NCBI GenBank assembly: GCA_035285025.1
Contig: JAYKHY010000064.1
Span: forward strand, 5,895-69,894
DNA length: 64,000 bases
From: Vampirovibrionales bacterium
Lineage (GTDB): Bacteria > Cyanobacteriota > Vampirovibrionia > Vampirovibrionales > JAJTHC01
Reading direction: 5' to 3'
The notes below the pieces were generated by a model that saw only the letters and a list, made by a program, of their open reading frames with translations, ran no database searches and had not been told where the DNA came from. This document shows positions 63,463 to 64,000 of this stretch, in pieces. The position numbers were made by a program, and so were the translations under genes. How positions within the stretch are numbered: the first letter of the stretch is position 1; each line of letters begins with the position of its first letter.

Positions 63463-64000
63463 ATGACTTTTCAAGATGCCCCGCCCGTGTCAGCCGATAA
63501 ATCGCATTGGCGCTTGTGGGCGCGGCGGCAGGTGCGCAATACAACTGTCGCGCAATGGCAAGCTGTTGCCCAAAAAATCTGTTCTCACCTAGCGCAGACG
63601 CCTGCTTTTAAAGCTGCCGAGCGGGTTTTGCTGTATTGGCCCATTGCAAACAAAGAACCTGATTTAACCGGGCTGCTTGCGCGCTTTCCTGAAAAAACCT
63701 GGGCGTTGCCCTATGCCGAGACCCCTTCGGGGTTTTTTGCGGCTCGCTACGCATATAACGATCCAATTGAGTGGCACCCGACGTGGGGTGTGTATCAGCC
63801 TGCGGGGCTGCCAGGCGTGACGAAGATTGTGCCAGATCTGGTGATTGCCCCCGCGCTTTTGACCGATGCGCAGGGCGTTCGGCTTGGTCATGGGCAAGGG
63901 CTTTACGATCGGTATTTAGCAACGCTTTTAAAGCAAAATGCGGCTGCAAAGGTACTTTGGGCGGTCAGCCAGGCGCAGCTTGTGCCGAAATTGCCCAGCA
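63463..64000 (+). CDS. 5-formyltetrahydrofolate cyclo-ligase (5' part, runs off the window end)
   Basis: Hand translation from the ATG at 63463 is open to nt 64000. It contains DLVIAPALLTDAQGVRLGHGQGLYDRYL, the MTHFS signature. It is absent from the ORF track because there is no stop in the window. Confidence 0.8.
   Translation, partial: MTFQDAPPVSADKSHWRLWARRQVRNTTVAQWQAVAQKICSHLAQTPAFKAAERVLLYWPIANKEPDLTGLLARFPEKTWALPYAETPSGFFAARYAYNDPIEWHPTWGVYQPAGLPGVTKIVPDLVIAPALLTDAQGVRLGHGQGLYDRYLATLLKQNAAAKVLWAVSQAQLVPKLPS

Noticed and set aside
1-64000. Prophage, integron, toxin-antitoxin, restriction-modification or other defence islands.
   Set aside because: I recognised no integrase, transposase, recombinase, capsid or terminase, nuclease-helicase, methyltransferase or toxin family motif in any listed ORF. 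The accessory-looking genes are single, unlinked hypothetical proteins.

Overview
This is a chromosomal, mostly housekeeping window with about 55 protein genes and one tRNA. I found no rRNA, no CRISPR array, and no recognisable transposase, integrase, phage or defence genes.

Genes I can support:
- Core metabolism and maintenance: tpiA, dut, a eukaryote-type RNR small subunit, minC, hisC fused to a HAD phosphatase, hisB, polA, tRNA-His, an M55 peptidase, pfkA, an L,D-transpeptidase, yggS, purK, a trpE/trpG-family pair, queD, a heptose adenylyltransferase, a parvulin PPIase, sepF, a secreted catalase, an ABC-F ATPase, an oppD-like ATPase, pepA, surE, pheS and a 5' partial 5-formyl-THF cyclo-ligase.
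- Flagellar genes, scattered across the window: flgI plus a rod-binding flgJ-like gene, fliR-flhB, a flagellar rod protein, and fliW-csrA.
- Energy genes: an isolated ATP-synthase F0 c-b'-b cluster, and a contiguous cbb3-oxidase plus diheme-c/Rieske/cytochrome-b cluster.

Lineage (inference only): SepF, a b/b' pair, a plastid-like tRNA-His D-arm, a P-ring flagellum and an LPS heptose gene together suggest a flagellated, aerobic, Gram-negative relative of Cyanobacteria (Vampirovibrionia/Melainabacteria-like).

The unusual signals lie mostly outside standard gene calls:
1. A 37-38 nt GC-rich palindromic repeat family occurs in spacers and also in frame inside polA and hisC.
2. Short duplications recreate the last codons and stop codon of at least five genes downstream of the real stop. 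One locus carries three alternative tails. trpE carries a similar in-frame 21-codon duplication.
3. A 91-bp hairpin element family includes one copy with a perfect 8-bp target-site duplication. An inverted pair of copies brackets a single mauE-like gene next to tRNA-His.
4. A 156-bp element with terminal inverted repeats sits between two convergent stop codons.
5. The cytochrome b of the respiratory cluster lacks both histidines that normally ligate the high-potential heme.

Intergenic spacers are unusually long, with several ORF-free stretches of 0.4-1 kb. All calls rest on reading the sequence and on recalled family motifs; no database search was possible.
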